Origin: Camelus dromedarius | Lineage: Eukaryota | Assembly (NCBI RefSeq): GCF_036321535.1 | Contig: NC_087437.1 | Coordinates: forward strand, 61,754,001 to 61,818,000 | Direction: 5' to 3' | DNA length: 64,000 nt | Part shown: positions 27,909 through 40,699 of the stretch, in pieces | Numbering within the stretch: position 1 is the stretch's first letter | Layout of the letters: the number at the start of each line of letters is the position of its first letter | Position numbers and translations under genes: made by a program | Notes under the pieces: generated by a model | What the model saw: the letters and a program-made list of their open reading frames with translations, nothing else | The model's database searches: none | What the model was told of the DNA's origin: nothing

Positions 27909-28337
27909 CTTATCTCAAAATGTCCTGATGTTGGTTGATAAATTATATGGTCATCCTACCTAGAAGGGACAAGAAAGGGTAGAAGAAAGTCCTGCATCCC
28001 CTGTCAGAATAGCCAAGATTTTCATTTACTTTCCTGTATAGCATCTTGCTTTGCCAGGATACTACCCAGAGACACTCTCTCTTTTCCTGGGTTCCTTTTT
28101 TGAACCTTGGTATGGTAGATACATCTTTCCTCCTGCATAAATTTTTTTGTTCTTTTTCTATAAATATAAAAAAAGACTTTGGATATCTAGGTCTCAAGAA
28201 GTCACACTTGATTCTGCTCTCCAAGGTGTCCTTGTTCACCTTTTAATAATCACCTCTACTCATCTGTCAGTGTTTTAGTTGGTATGATCTATTCCAAAAA
28301 TGTCTATAGAAAGTAAATTTTTTGTTTTCAACTCTAG

Positions 28338-28438
28338 ATCTCTGTTCCCGTTCCTCTAGCCTGGTGGTCACCCTCTGGCTTCTACTAGGCAATCTATTTC
28401 CTCTGCTGGCTGGATTTCTTCTGTGTGTATGGCATTAA
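28338..28438 (+). CDS. LMLN: LMLN last coding exon: [33 protein letters not shown]
   Basis: ctctag| acceptor, phase 1, TAA at 28436-28438. Hydrophobic C-terminal tail matches mammalian LMLN as recalled. Confidence 0.96.
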
Positions 28439-31400
28439 GAATGGATAAGTGAATTCTCAAGACATTCCTTTGTGTCATGTTCCTCTGAACAAAGCACAAA
28501 ATCTGGGCAAGTGCTAGCCAATGCAGATGGCAGAAGTGGCATTCCAGAGTTTGGCTTGGAAGTGTTGACCAAGATCAGACCTTGAAGGAGAGCTTCACAG
28601 CCGTCACTCCTCATCAGCAACTCAACAGCCTCAGAGTTTGGAGAATGAGAAGGAATTCCAAATCACCGAAGTCTCTTTATTTTTCAGGATGCATAACCTT
28701 CTTGAAGTTTTCCTTTGAAAATGGGATAATTGGTGAAAATTTCAGTGATTACATACCTCAGCATTTTCATTATCCTAAAACAATGGGAAATTTCATCAAT
28801 GCTGCAATAATTTAAAGAACAGCTAATTATTGCAAGATCATAAGTTGTGGACCCTGTCTTCAAAAGTATAAATTGTCCTTTGACTTACAGAAAATAATTT
28901 GAATTGGGATTTCTGCATCACTATTATACCTGTTTTAAATTTAATAACTGTATATGGTATACCTAAATGATTGTTCTCATTGTTCTAAAGAGTGTTTTTT
29001 TAAATTATGTTTCGCTAAATCTTATGATTTCACAGTGCTGTGTGGCAGTTTCCTGCTGAGCCATTATGTGCTGGTAGCCCTCTTCCAGCTATATCCATAC
29101 TCCTTGATCCTCAGAGATCAGCTTCCAGCTGTATTCTCCATTAGTTTAATAATAACTTGAAAAGCCGGGAGGCAGAGAGAGAAGAATACTCTGCCTTGTG
29201 AAAATATTGAAGACATGCAAATGGAAGAAAACATTTGTATATTTTTCAGATAATAGTTATGACAACCGCGATCCAACAAAAATAGAAGTGTTCCTTTTTG
29301 ATCAATGAAGATAAAAAGAAATCTGGTATAGACAGGTATGCAGTTATATTCAGGTGGGCTTAGAAATTGTTACAGAAGAATTTCTGCTATCTGAAAATTA
29401 TTTTATGTATAAAATGCAAAGTGTAAGTCAAAACAAGAGGGTCTGAATTGTTTACAAAGTGTAGGTTTGGTGTAGGGCCTATCCAGTAGGGTCCATAGAA
29501 GTCAGAAGATTGCCTTTGCTTTAAACGGAGGAGATAATATCCTTTACCTCCTGCATTTGACATTCTTTCTGTCACCACGTAGATTCTGGTCCCCAGAAGC
29601 AATTCTGCTCTGGTACCAGAGCTGACCAACCCTACTTAATAATCCCAATTTGAAATTCTTCAATGATGAATGATGCCTGGTTTTTCTCTCTAAGGCTAAT
29701 GAAGTCCTGTGGCAGCATAAACACAGCCCTTGGACAAGCATGCATTTATTCATTCATTCATTGGTTGGCCCTTTAATTCAGCATAAGGTTTTTTAGCACT
29801 AATTTAAGAAATTTGCTAAGTGAACAAACAGCATAATAACTAAGGAGTAATTCCAGCTGACTATTTGACGCTGGAACCAAACAGCAGCCCCAGCATAAAG
29901 GAAAGTCACCTTTTTTTAATACATAAATTTAAAATATTTAGTAGCATACAGTTTTGAATTGGAGGTATTTGTCCTTGTGAAAAGCTGGTGGTCTCTAGCA
30001 TTGCCAGCCTCAGCTGAAGAGAAGCTAACAGCAGTGGCGTTTCTGCCTATGTCCTGCATACTTTACATCATGGAAAGTCAGAGAAAAGTGTAGAGTATAT
30101 TTTTAAAGAAAGTTATAAAAATCTAAACTTACATATCTATTGTGATTATGAGTCATCCTGCAAAGTTGTATAAAGAATTTCACCAAAAACACCATGGATT
30201 AATAATATATTTGAGATTCACAGTGATAGGTTCAGTTATGTTTTAACTGTTGTGCAGTAATGCCATTTAGGTAGTATTGTTTCTGAGCATGGTGCTTTTT
30301 ATACTTGAAATATATTTTTGCTTTATTTTTTATTGATATAATTATATTTGCACTAATGACTTTCTGAAGAAAATACTATAGATGACATTTTTTTCTATAT
30401 ATATTTGTTAAGCTTGGAATCTAGTAGCCCAGTCTTTTTCTCTGCACAAATGTAGAATCTGATAAAGTATGATGTTAAGAAATCTTGAGTTTTTGAGGGT
30501 AACTAACTGTGCTGGTTTCTTCCTTCCTCTTCAACAAGTCTTAAAAGTGGTTGCTTATCTCTGTTTCTGCATAGTATACTCAGTGAAGATTTAGAAGGCC
30601 ACTGGACCTGTAAGAAGTTTTAAGAGGCACGGTTTAGTCACTTAGAATACAACAATATTCTGAAAATGACTTTTTAAAATCTGAAATTTCAGTGCAGAAT
30701 TAGCGGGCTAGAATTCACCTTTAAACTGAAGAATTTGAAATAACCCAAATGTTGATATCCTGTGGCAGGTAACCCTTTATGTTCACAGAACCAGTTCACT
30801 GAGAAAGACTGAGCAGGCAGCAGCCACAGCGGGAGTGAGGTGAGGTGGGGTAGGAGAAAGGGGAACAGCTGACTTGAGGACGGTAGACTGAAGCCCCTTT
30901 CTGACTCAGAAAGGGTCAAGTGCTTATAAAAACTGACTACCTCAGTTTTCAGTTCAGACATAGGTTCACTTTGATAGTATTAAGGTCCCAGTGTCAAAAT
31001 TATCAAGTGAATTTGTCTCTCAGGTTTTCAAGAACAGAATTTACAAGAAGGAAGCAAAAGCCATGTCGCTAGACTTGAGCTGACAGCTTTAAAGAATCTG
31101 GCAAGCAAGTAGGTAATGTAGATCCCTCTATATTCTCCTGAAAAAAGCTTTCTTTCCTTACTTATTTCTTAAGGATACTTATTTTTATTAAGATCAACTA
31201 GGCGTTCTAAAAATGTTATAAATTATGCTTAAAATTAGTTTTAGCCTAATATGTTGGCTTAGAGTTTATCAGTATTTGAAAATGAAACAAGTTAATGAAG
31301 TTTAAATAGTTTTAGGAAGATACAAAAATAAGTATACCAGAGTATTGCATAAAATTTTATCAATATCCTCTTTAATATTAGAAGACTCACTGTCTGAAAA

Positions 31401-33270
31401 ATGACTAGATGCTTTATCAGAATCTCTCCAGCTCTAATATTCTGTGAGTAATACTCCAACTAGAATTGCTTGGCCACTGCTGGCTCTGACCCACCTCCTG
31501 GCGTATGACAGCTCACACATCACGTTCATCACGGTGTCCTGTGCTCAATGCCTTAGCACTGTCTATGTCCTTAGACACTGAATGGAGAGAGACAAGCCCT
31601 TTTCTGAGGGCATTGGAGCAGTCCTGGCAGAAGAGGTGGACTTCAGTCACTGCGCCACAGGCCCATTTTGTAGTGGGCACCAGTTAACCGTATGAGGTCC
31701 TTGCAGCTCAGGAGGACTAACATATTTTAATAAAATCTGTGCTACTCGTCCCAACAAAAGAACTTGAACCTGAAAGGATGACTTTTTTTTTTTTTTTTTG
31801 ATACATTTCGACAGGTTTGGGGAGGGAATGGTGAATTATTTTCTTTTGTTTACATTTTTATTAAATATAATAGATTTAAGAACTAATCTTTATTTATGGT
31901 ATTTAAGTGTAATATATTCCTTAGGAAAAAAAACACAGCTTTAATAAAAATGGAAACTAATCTGCATCTTGTCTTTACTTAACACTATCAATTTTTTAAA
32001 CCTGGTTGAGGACTACAAACACAGCCACACACTCTATATGAGGAAGACAAGGTGTTTATTGTGAAACATAATTCAATTTGTATTTTAATTGGAGTAAAAT
32101 TGTCCTACTTCAAGAAAGGGGACAGGTCTTATGTAAAGCTGCAGAGAGTAACCCTCCTCAAATAGTTAAGCAGGAGAGACAGTAGACTAAGACAATTCAG
32201 GGCAGCCGCCTCTGGCTGAAGATTATTTAGTCCCATTTGTTCTATGCTGTGGGCCAGGAGTCTCACTGCAGGTCCACCCTGCACATTCAGATACCACACT
32301 CTATTCAGTGGCGACGAGCAGATTGTGGCTGTAGTTGTAGAGTGTGATTCTTCCTCATAACCTGAATGTAGTTTGAGAGAGTGTACCCAGGACATGCCTT
32401 CACCATGCGCACTCAGAGCCGTTCTGCCCTGTGGCAAGGAGCCTGGCACTTTGTGAAATTGACTGAACGTAGCCTCTGTGACCTATTTACTGAGCTGAGA
32501 TCTTTGTGGGAAATTTTAATGATACTATTTAGATTTTTAAAAATTTTAAATGTTTTAAGTAGCTGAAACTGTATACAATGAATTACTTCAGGTAGTTGAA
32601 TAAATCCAATATTATTTGCACAGTGTACTGAAGATAAAGCTGTCTACATCTTATACACCACCTTGTATGTTCATAGCTTATTTAGTAGGCGTTATTACAT
32701 AAATGAGTCTTTTTTCCACACCACTCTGGTAGATTTGCTGAAATGGAGAGGTTTATTTAAATCAGCTTTGTTAGTATTCCATCAGAAGTTCATTCTTTAA
32801 TATTTAAAATAAATTGAATGTATTTGGAGATAGTAGTCCAAATACATGATCTAATATTCTAGCAAATGACCAATACCTTACTCATTTTATATGTCTGGAA
32901 ATGGTTTTCTCTGCCTTTAGAAATTAGTGTATCTTAGACTCAATGCCATTTTAACACTCAATGCCACTAACAGTCTTTTTTCAATTTCAGAAATATTAGT
33001 GACTCGACTTTCTGAAATTGTCTTATTTGAAAATATTCAAATCACAATATCTGAACACCTCCTGGCTTCTCCCCCACGCCACCCCATTAGGTCTCCTGAT
33101 GACATTTCAAGAGGGCTACAGGTTGACTGGAATAGATTTTGCATGTGTTTATACACATGGGCATTCATCAGTGTGTATATAGTGAAGGCTTTGATGTATT
33201 TGGTTGAGGATATGAAAATTAAATGTAAAGTGAAGTAACTACAAAGAATAAAGCAAATGTCACAAGCCTT
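28439..33270 (+). other. LMLN: Probable long LMLN 3'UTR (end inferred)
   Basis: About 4.8 kb of AT-rich, largely repeat-poor sequence after the stop codon. AATAAA at 31729, 31943, 32599, 32808 and 33247. Confidence 0.55.
33247..33252 (+). terminator. Candidate distal polyadenylation signal of LMLN
   Basis: AATAAA at the end of the repeat-poor AT-rich block. Usage cannot be verified from sequence. Confidence 0.45.
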
Positions 33271-34816
33271 AGCACAGGTTGCCAGCCCAGCTGCCAGAGC
33301 CTTGAATCTTAATAGAGGTCAGATAAAACAGGTTATGCCACTGTTCTAAAATGATTTGGTTAGCTGGGAAGCTTTATGCTTGTTAGTAAGTAAAGAAATT
33401 GTGTAAAATCTGCTTTTCTAACAATTGGTTTGACAAAGGAGTAAAGAGGGAGCCAGTAAGTGCTATACAGAAGTTAAATCCTTAGGGACAAGTATCGTAA
33501 TCGAGAGAAAAACGAAGCAGCGAAATAGCTGAGGCCAGTCAGTCCTCAGCCTGACTGAGGTGAGTCAGTGGCTTTGTCACTCTCGGATTTTGCATCAGAA
33601 CACCTGCACCAGCTGTGTGCCCCAGGCCAGATCTCCACAGATGGGGTTTTTTCCCCTCCATTTTCCCCTAACGTATCCTCTTTCAGCTGCCCTTCACCCC
33701 AGACTGTGGGCGTTCCTCCTGTCTCCGAATTATCATTTCAGAACAGCACAGCTTCCTCAAGTACGTATACATAACTGTTCGGTGGTATTATTGCCTAGGG
33801 GTGGTGGTGAAGGGGTCTTATCCCTGCATCATTTCTCAAGGATTGATTTGGAGGGAGGGAACCAGCAGCTCTCACTAATTTACTAATTTGTCAGAAAACA
33901 GAAGCTCCTCTCCCCCTGCAGTTTGCTCCTGCTGTTTTATAATTTTCATACCATCATTCAGTTCCAGGTCGGGAATGACAGTGCCTGGTGTGGCCCAGGA
34001 GGCATGGTGGTGAAAATGAGCAGGCTGGAATCTACCGAGTTGAGGAGCCACGGCAGGTCAGCTCCAGAGTGGGCAGGCACTGGTCTGGATATGTTATTCA
34101 GATGCTAAAAGTAAGCCAAAAGCATAGATGGAGAGATTATTATTTTCCAGAGGAAGAAACAGATAGTGAAGGTAAGTCTATATGAAGGGGAGAATAAAGG
34201 CCTAGGAACTGGGTACTAAGAAAGGAGTGAAAGATGAGGGCAACAGAAAGGGCCAGAGAAGCAAGTGTGTGCAGAATGACCGGGCCACGTGCTGCTGGAT
34301 GGGGAGGGGCTGCCTTTTGTTCCTGACTCCCAGGAGTAAGTGCACTCGAGAGTGCCTTCTGACACTTAGCACAGTGGAGGTCCTGAATCTAGTGATTTAA
34401 CAATGAAGTATTTGTTGGGTACTTACTACATTCAATGTGTATTTAGCACCAACTCTGGCAGGCATTCCCCTGGGCCATGGGAAGACAAGAAACCAATAGA
34501 CATGATCCTTGTCCTAGAGCCGGTGATGGAGGGGGACAATTAAGCGATTATTTGCTGTAAAGTTTAGACTTAAAATTGTTGGGATAATATGTATAGCAGG
34601 CTGAAGATAAAAGACTGAGATGCCCAATCAAGTCACGCTCTGAGGGAATAGAAGCTGGAAGCCGAGCATGAGGGATGGACCACACTTTACACTGTGAGCT
34701 AGGACTTGGAGGGACGGGGGAGCACTTCTGTTAGGTTTGGTGTCTGGGCTGAGTTCCCCACCCTGGAAAGGAAGTCATCATTGCATGAGGTGAATGGGGT
34801 CTGAGATCTGAAGAGC

Positions 34817-35003
34817 ACAGTTGGCCCTGGCCCTCCGTATCCATGGAAATTCGATCCACAGTTGGTTGAATCCATGGCTGTGGAACCACAGACACAGATG
34901 GCCCACTGTACTCTGTATTCTGCCATTTTATATGAAGGACTTGGTATCTCCAGGGGGCAGGGGTGGTCCTGGAACCTTGGGTGGATATCAAGGGATGAAT
35001 GTA
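34817..35003. mobile_element. Tigger/MER2-type MITE remnant
   Basis: cagttggccct...gttggttgaatccatgg...ggtcctggaacc...gatatcaagggatgaatgta. Confidence 0.6.
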
Positions 35004-36519
35004 TTGAAGGTTTAAGCTTCTGTAAAGAGAGAGGTTTTGGTGGTGACTGCTCTGGGTCCATTTTTCCTGGAAGACAGTGTGTACCTTTTCAGTCCGTGTA
35101 TTCAAGTCTTCCTTTATTTCAAATAATTTCTTAAAAGTTCATCTTCACTTTACTGTTTTCAGGTTTTTTTCTTTAGGAATGACAACTATGTATATCTTAT
35201 CAATTACTATCACTTTTTCTCTATTCTTTTATTCTTTATTTCATTGTCTTTTTCACATTCCTGCTCACTGTTTCCTTTATGGTGTTTTCAACAATGCCTG
35301 CCTTATGCTACTTTCATTTTTGCTCTCTTTCCTGTGATTTTACTTCTCCATGGTGTATATTTTCTGAGGACACAGCTGCCTCATAACATCCACAAAGCCA
35401 ATGACTGGACTCTGGAACTCTGGGTGTGGCTGTAGCTGCCGCTTCTCACTTAGGTCTCCATAATCTTGGTTGCTAACAGCAACAGCAGCAGAAAGGTGGG
35501 CTCTGCTTCACATCTGCCTTCAAAGTATTGTGAGAGTGCATCTGATTGGCAGAACCAAATTTACATGTAGAATCCTAGGTGCAAGGGAATCTCAGAAATG
35601 TAGTTTTAAGCTTTATACACTCTACAAACAGAAGGATGGAGGAATGGAGGGTGAGTGAGCTAACCCATAGTATCTCCTGCCAGCTTCTATGTTGCAAATA
35701 CTTTTTACAAGCTTGTCATTTGTTATATAGAAGTTTTAAATTTTTAAATAATTTCCTTAGTGGTTTTTTCGTTTGGAAAATACTGAACACTAATAATAGA
35801 ACTAATTCATAATTTTACCACTCTTAAAGAAGCAAGATGCTCTCACTTCCTCTGGCTCCTCCATTTCCATCCCCTCAGAGGGGCTCAGTTTGATACCTAT
35901 CCTTTCAGAGTTTACTATAAACATGCATACATATAAGATATTAAAAATAAAACTGGTATCACACTACACATATTTGGTATCTTATATTTATTACTCACAG
36001 GTTTAGCACAATCATCTTTCCAGGTCAGTAAACTGAGATTTACCTCATAGTTTGTAATGATTTCATGGTACTTCATTATGGATATGGAATCTTTTATTTA
36101 GCCCCTCCCCTGCCAGTGGACATTTATGTTATTTCCAGTTTAATTACTCACCTATATTTTATTCTGGTTCTTTTAATTTTTACATTTTATTCTTTAATAC
36201 AACAGGGATTAATTTTGACATTTGACCTAAGTATCCTAACTTCATTTTTTCCAAGTAGTAAAATTCTAGTATCATTTGTTAAACCAGTGGGAACAGATAC
36301 TTCAATAGCCAGGGAAGACATTTCCCTGGAAAAGAAAGCAGACTGGCTCAGTGCCAAAAAAAATTCTCAGGTTCACATGTACCTTTCTCATCACTAAACA
36401 GGCAGTGTGGCTTTAAGGTTGGCCTCATCCTAATGGACTGTGTGCTTCAGCACTGCCCTGGCTCCCTTGGTTAGTGCTTAAGCTGGGTTAAAGGACTGAC
36501 CATGCCAATTCTCCACTGC

Positions 36520-36609
36520 TAAGTACCATTGGTTCTTCAGGCATGCTCTGAATGCCTCACTGGCTTCCCTTCATAGCATATTCGGTAGACAGAGACAAAC
36601 AAAGGAAAC
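36520..36609 (-). pseudogene. GPD1-family pseudogene, last-exon (exon 8) equivalent
   Basis: After a pyrimidine tract (ttcaa|G): FPLFVSVYRICYEGKPV(-1)AFRACLKN versus GPD1 [27 protein letters not shown]. Partly visible in ORF 36537..36764. Confidence 0.9.
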
Positions 36610-37957
36610 TTGAAAAAGAAGGAAGACAATTTGAACACACCATCCACCAGTGAAGAGAAGACTTTGTGTGCGAAGCAGTGTTTGTGTGAATTTGAGGAGT
36701 CAATGTAAGGTGGTGGTAAATAACAGCAAAGGCTTTGGCAGCAAAGAGATCTGGGTTCCAACACTGCTGGCTTTGAGACTTGGGTAAGTTATTTAATCTG
36801 TGACTTGGAGTCCTTGTCTATAAAATGAAAATGATAAGTGCTCAATAAATTGTAGCTCCAAGAACATTATCTGCCTCTCAATGGAGATAACAGCCTTCAT
36901 TCCAAAATAGGGGGAATGTTCACTAAAGAGTGATCAGTCCAGGTTTAGTTACAGGAAGTAGATTCCACCTTTTTTAAGCTCGAGTGATTTAACATAGAAA
37001 TGAGGTGTTTACAACACACTTGGAAAGGATGGGGGAGAGGGCTAGAAATGAAGTACAACACACACGCACAAACACCCACAAAGATACGGTGTTACATATA
37101 ATGGAGTCAAGATATCCTGTTTTTTTTAATCATCTACTTTATCCTTCATTAAATATAGCATGGACATGTTTTATTAATAGTGTACATAATCATCATTTTT
37201 AATGATTGCATAAAGTTCCATCGCACAGATTAATGTAATTTAACTAATTCCTCATTGATGGATATGTAGGTTCTTTCTACTGGGAATACCCTTATACATA
37301 CATGTTTTTCACATTTCTCTGATTATCTCAGGATAAATCCTTAGAAGTGCTACTACTTAAAATCATAAATCATATTAAAATATTAATACAGGGGGGCATG
37401 GAGAGTTATTGTTTAATGGGTACAGAGTTTCAGTTTGAGATAATAAACACGTTCTAGAGATAGTGATGATGGTTGCACAACAACGTGAATGTACTTAATG
37501 CCACTGAACTGCATGCTTTCAATGGTTAAATGGTAAGTTTTATGTTTGTATATTTTATCACCATAAAAAATAAAAAATAAAATTAAATATGAATACATTA
37601 CAGGCAAATGGCCTTCTAGTGGAGTAGATTACTAATTTTCTCCACACAATCACCAATGCTGGATGTTATTTTTTTAACTTTTGCCAAATAATAGGTGATT
37701 TGCTCTGTTGATTTGCTTTTCTTTGATTGCCTATAAGGTTGACCTTCTTTTCTTATGTTTATTAGTCTCCTGTATATCTTCTTTTGACACTTGCATATTC
37801 AACTCCTTTGACCATTTTCCTGGGAGAGGTATCTGTCTTTTTCTTACAGCTTTGCAAGTGCATTATGTGTGTTAGGAATAGGAACCCTGTCATTGATGTT
37901 TGCCTTTGGAACTTCCTCAGCCCTGGCTCCAGTCCCCCCACCTTCTCCCTGCTTTAC

Positions 37958-38070
37958 CTTCAGTGCTCTCAGAGCTCCACTGCACCACAGTCTTTTACCA
38001 CAGTGATTTCAAAGTAGGGGGTTTGGAACAGTTCCTTAAAGATCCCCCCCTTGTTTTTTGTTTGTACACC
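37958..38070 (-). pseudogene. GPD1-family pseudogene, exon-5 equivalent
   Basis: ctgcag|(G)CTNKKQGG(+1)IFKELFQTPYFEITVVKDCGAVEL*(-1)ALK|gtaaag versus GPD1 [38 protein letters not shown]. Length 113 nt, ending on the catalytic Lys codon at the GPD1 intron position. Confidence 0.9.
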
Positions 38071-39679
38071 CTGCAGAAGAATGTGGAAAATCAAAGTATA
38101 TTTGAGGTGACACGAATAATCTCCACTTCTCCTTCCCCCCACTCCCCAGCCTCACACTGCCTGGCTTTCCAAAACAGCCTTCACTTACGCCTCCAGGTGA
38201 AAATATCCCTTCCTGATTTTACAAATATAACTGTAAAAGTAACAAGTACAGAGCTTAGGCTGTTGGTGCTGGGTAAGTGGGAGGGGTGGGAAGGAGACTT
38301 TGCTTCACATCCCATTACTGGCAAAGACTCTCATCTGAAAAAGGAGGAGGATGCATCAATCTCAGGGAAGTGGAAGGAGGAAAGGACTGACTGAGATAAT
38401 ATGTGTAAAACAACTGGCACAGCGTCTGGCATGAGGTGACTATTACTGTCACCCCCACGATAGTGATAATGCTGAGGATGTTGATGATGTCGACGTTGGT
38501 GATGGCCTCTACTATCTTGCCAGGCCATTGAAAATGAGACAAATGCAAGAAGAAAAGCAGCATGAGTAGTAAAGCATACAATCAAAAATCACCCACATGC
38601 ATGCACACACACTCACACCCCTCAACTGGGGGTTTTGTTCTCCATAGTGCAGTGTTACGTAGGATATTGAATGAGTCACAAACACTCCCAGAACACACAG
38701 TCTAGATGTCAGCTTAATGAATAAAATCTGTAGGTTAGTTACTAGTAATTTAGTCAGTTGACCAATACTAATTTCTTAGTTTTGATAAATATGGTTATGT
38801 GAGATGTCTGAGTAAAGTGTATATATGGGAATTGTCTGTACTGTCTTTGCAACTCTTCCGAAATCTGGGATTGTTTCAAAATAAAGTTAAAAATAAAATT
38901 ATGCTTGTAGAAAATTTGGAAGATAGATAAAAGTATAAAGAAACGAAAACACATAAAAACAAATGGAACATTTAGCATTTTTGCATGTCTATTTCACATG
39001 TAAAATCCCCAGTCCAGCATCTTACATGTATATGTATGTACTTAGTAAAATCTAGATCTTTTCCATTTGTTCTTCAGAGTGTTGGATAAGAGTGTTATTC
39101 TATGACATAGCTAAGGATTTAGAGAAGACTTGGCAACGAAAATTCCTGTAGGGAATATTTTGGGTCTTAAACAGCTTCACCTGGAAACAAAATCTTGGCT
39201 ACTTTCCTCCTTTCCCCCAGCTTTCCTTTGATGGTTTTTCCCAACTCCTAACTTCCTTCTCAGAGGGAAAAAAAAAAGTTAGTTAATTTGGATGCTCTCC
39301 TGGAGCACTTATTACCAGTCACAGTCGTTACCTTCATTTCTGCACCTCTGCAGCAGTGCTGTCCTCTTCATACATTTGTTTTCATGCGCCACTTTCCATA
39401 GATCAGACTGGACACCAGAGTTCTCCAAAATTCCCTGGTTAAAAGGAGGCAGATGCCAGTATTAGAGGAAGAACAGGGATTGTACACAGTCCAAAATTAG
39501 GGGAAAGAAAAGATAGAAGGCAGTAGAACAGCCAACCCCTTGTAAGGTGCCGTCACAGTCTTCTGCTCACTGTGAAGAAGAGGAATATAAACTTGCTTTC
39601 TTATACCTTTGGCCTCCTCCAACCTTACTCCCTCCCCTTATCTACTTCAGATCTCATGGGCTCCCATCTCAGTCTACCC

Positions 39680-39855
39680 CAGGGGATCTTAAACTGTGGT
39701 CACTGGACCCAGCTGCATTCATCAGAAATGCAAATTCCTGGGCCCCACCCCAGACCTACTGAATCTAACACTCCAGAGGTGGGGCCTTACAAATCTGTCT
39801 TCTAACAAGTCCTCTAAGTGATGCTGTTGCCAACTCAAGTTTGCAAACTACTGCC
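39680..39855. mobile_element. MER5A-like DNA transposon
   Basis: agaaatgcaaattcctgggccccaccccagacctactgaatc...aagtttgcaaactactg. Confidence 0.8.
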
Positions 39856-40018
39856 CTCAGCAGTAGTTAACTGGATGAACCCAGTTATTTGCCTTGGCCT
39901 TTCTTGTACTTGGGCAGCTGAGCCCTGCTAGGGAAAAGCACTCAGCTGAGTATATTTATACTCATCTGGGTTCTGCCCAGCAATCTTGTCATTTTGAAGT
40001 TATTTTCTCTCCCACTGT

Positions 40019-40176
40019 TAGGGTTGCCAGAATTAGCAAAGAAAAACCAAAAGAAAGGACACACAGTTAAATATTAATTTCAGGTAATCATAAACTGAAA
40101 AACTATTCGTTCTTTATCTGAAATTCACATTTGACTGAGCAACCTGTATTTTTATTTGCTAAATCTGGCAACGCTA
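40019..40176. mobile_element. MER53-like MITE with terminal inverted repeats
   Basis: tagggttgccagaattagcaaa ... tttgctaaatctggcaacgcta. Confidence 0.8.
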
Positions 40177-40699
40177 ACTAGGAAATACATAGAGTCAGCA
40201 GGCAGGCAGTTGGGAAGAGAGCCTGGATGTAAAGTGGAAGAGAGCAAGCATAAGATGGAGCCCACAAGGATGAAGTGAAACCGTGTCAGTCCTTATTGCC
40301 TCTGACCTTGATAGTACAGGTGTCCTGTAGAAGCTGTCCTTCATCGCAGGACTACATACAAAAGCCAGAGATGCTATAGGAGGATCCAAAGGAAGATGGG
40401 GCAGTTGTAGGCCTGGCTGGTGCCTCACACCAGCAAGGTGAGCCAGCAAATAAATAATACTATGTGTGAACTGCAAAATGGCTGTTTCTTCACGTCTGTC
40501 CTCACTCTTCCACAAGGATGTCTCCGTGGACCATCCTAACTAGAAACACACAAGGAAGAGGATTTGGGGGAAAGTAGCTCAGTCTATCCAAGGTAACACA
40601 TTACAATTTACCACTCCTATTTTCCATTTTAGAAAGAGGCTTGATATTAAGTGCCAGGTACAGATGAAAATTTACACAGGAAGAAATAGATACCCTTCA

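Noticed and set aside
37900..38394. 164-aa plus-strand ORF
   Set aside because: Antisense to the GPD1-like pseudo-exon, with no recognisable homology and no ATG start.
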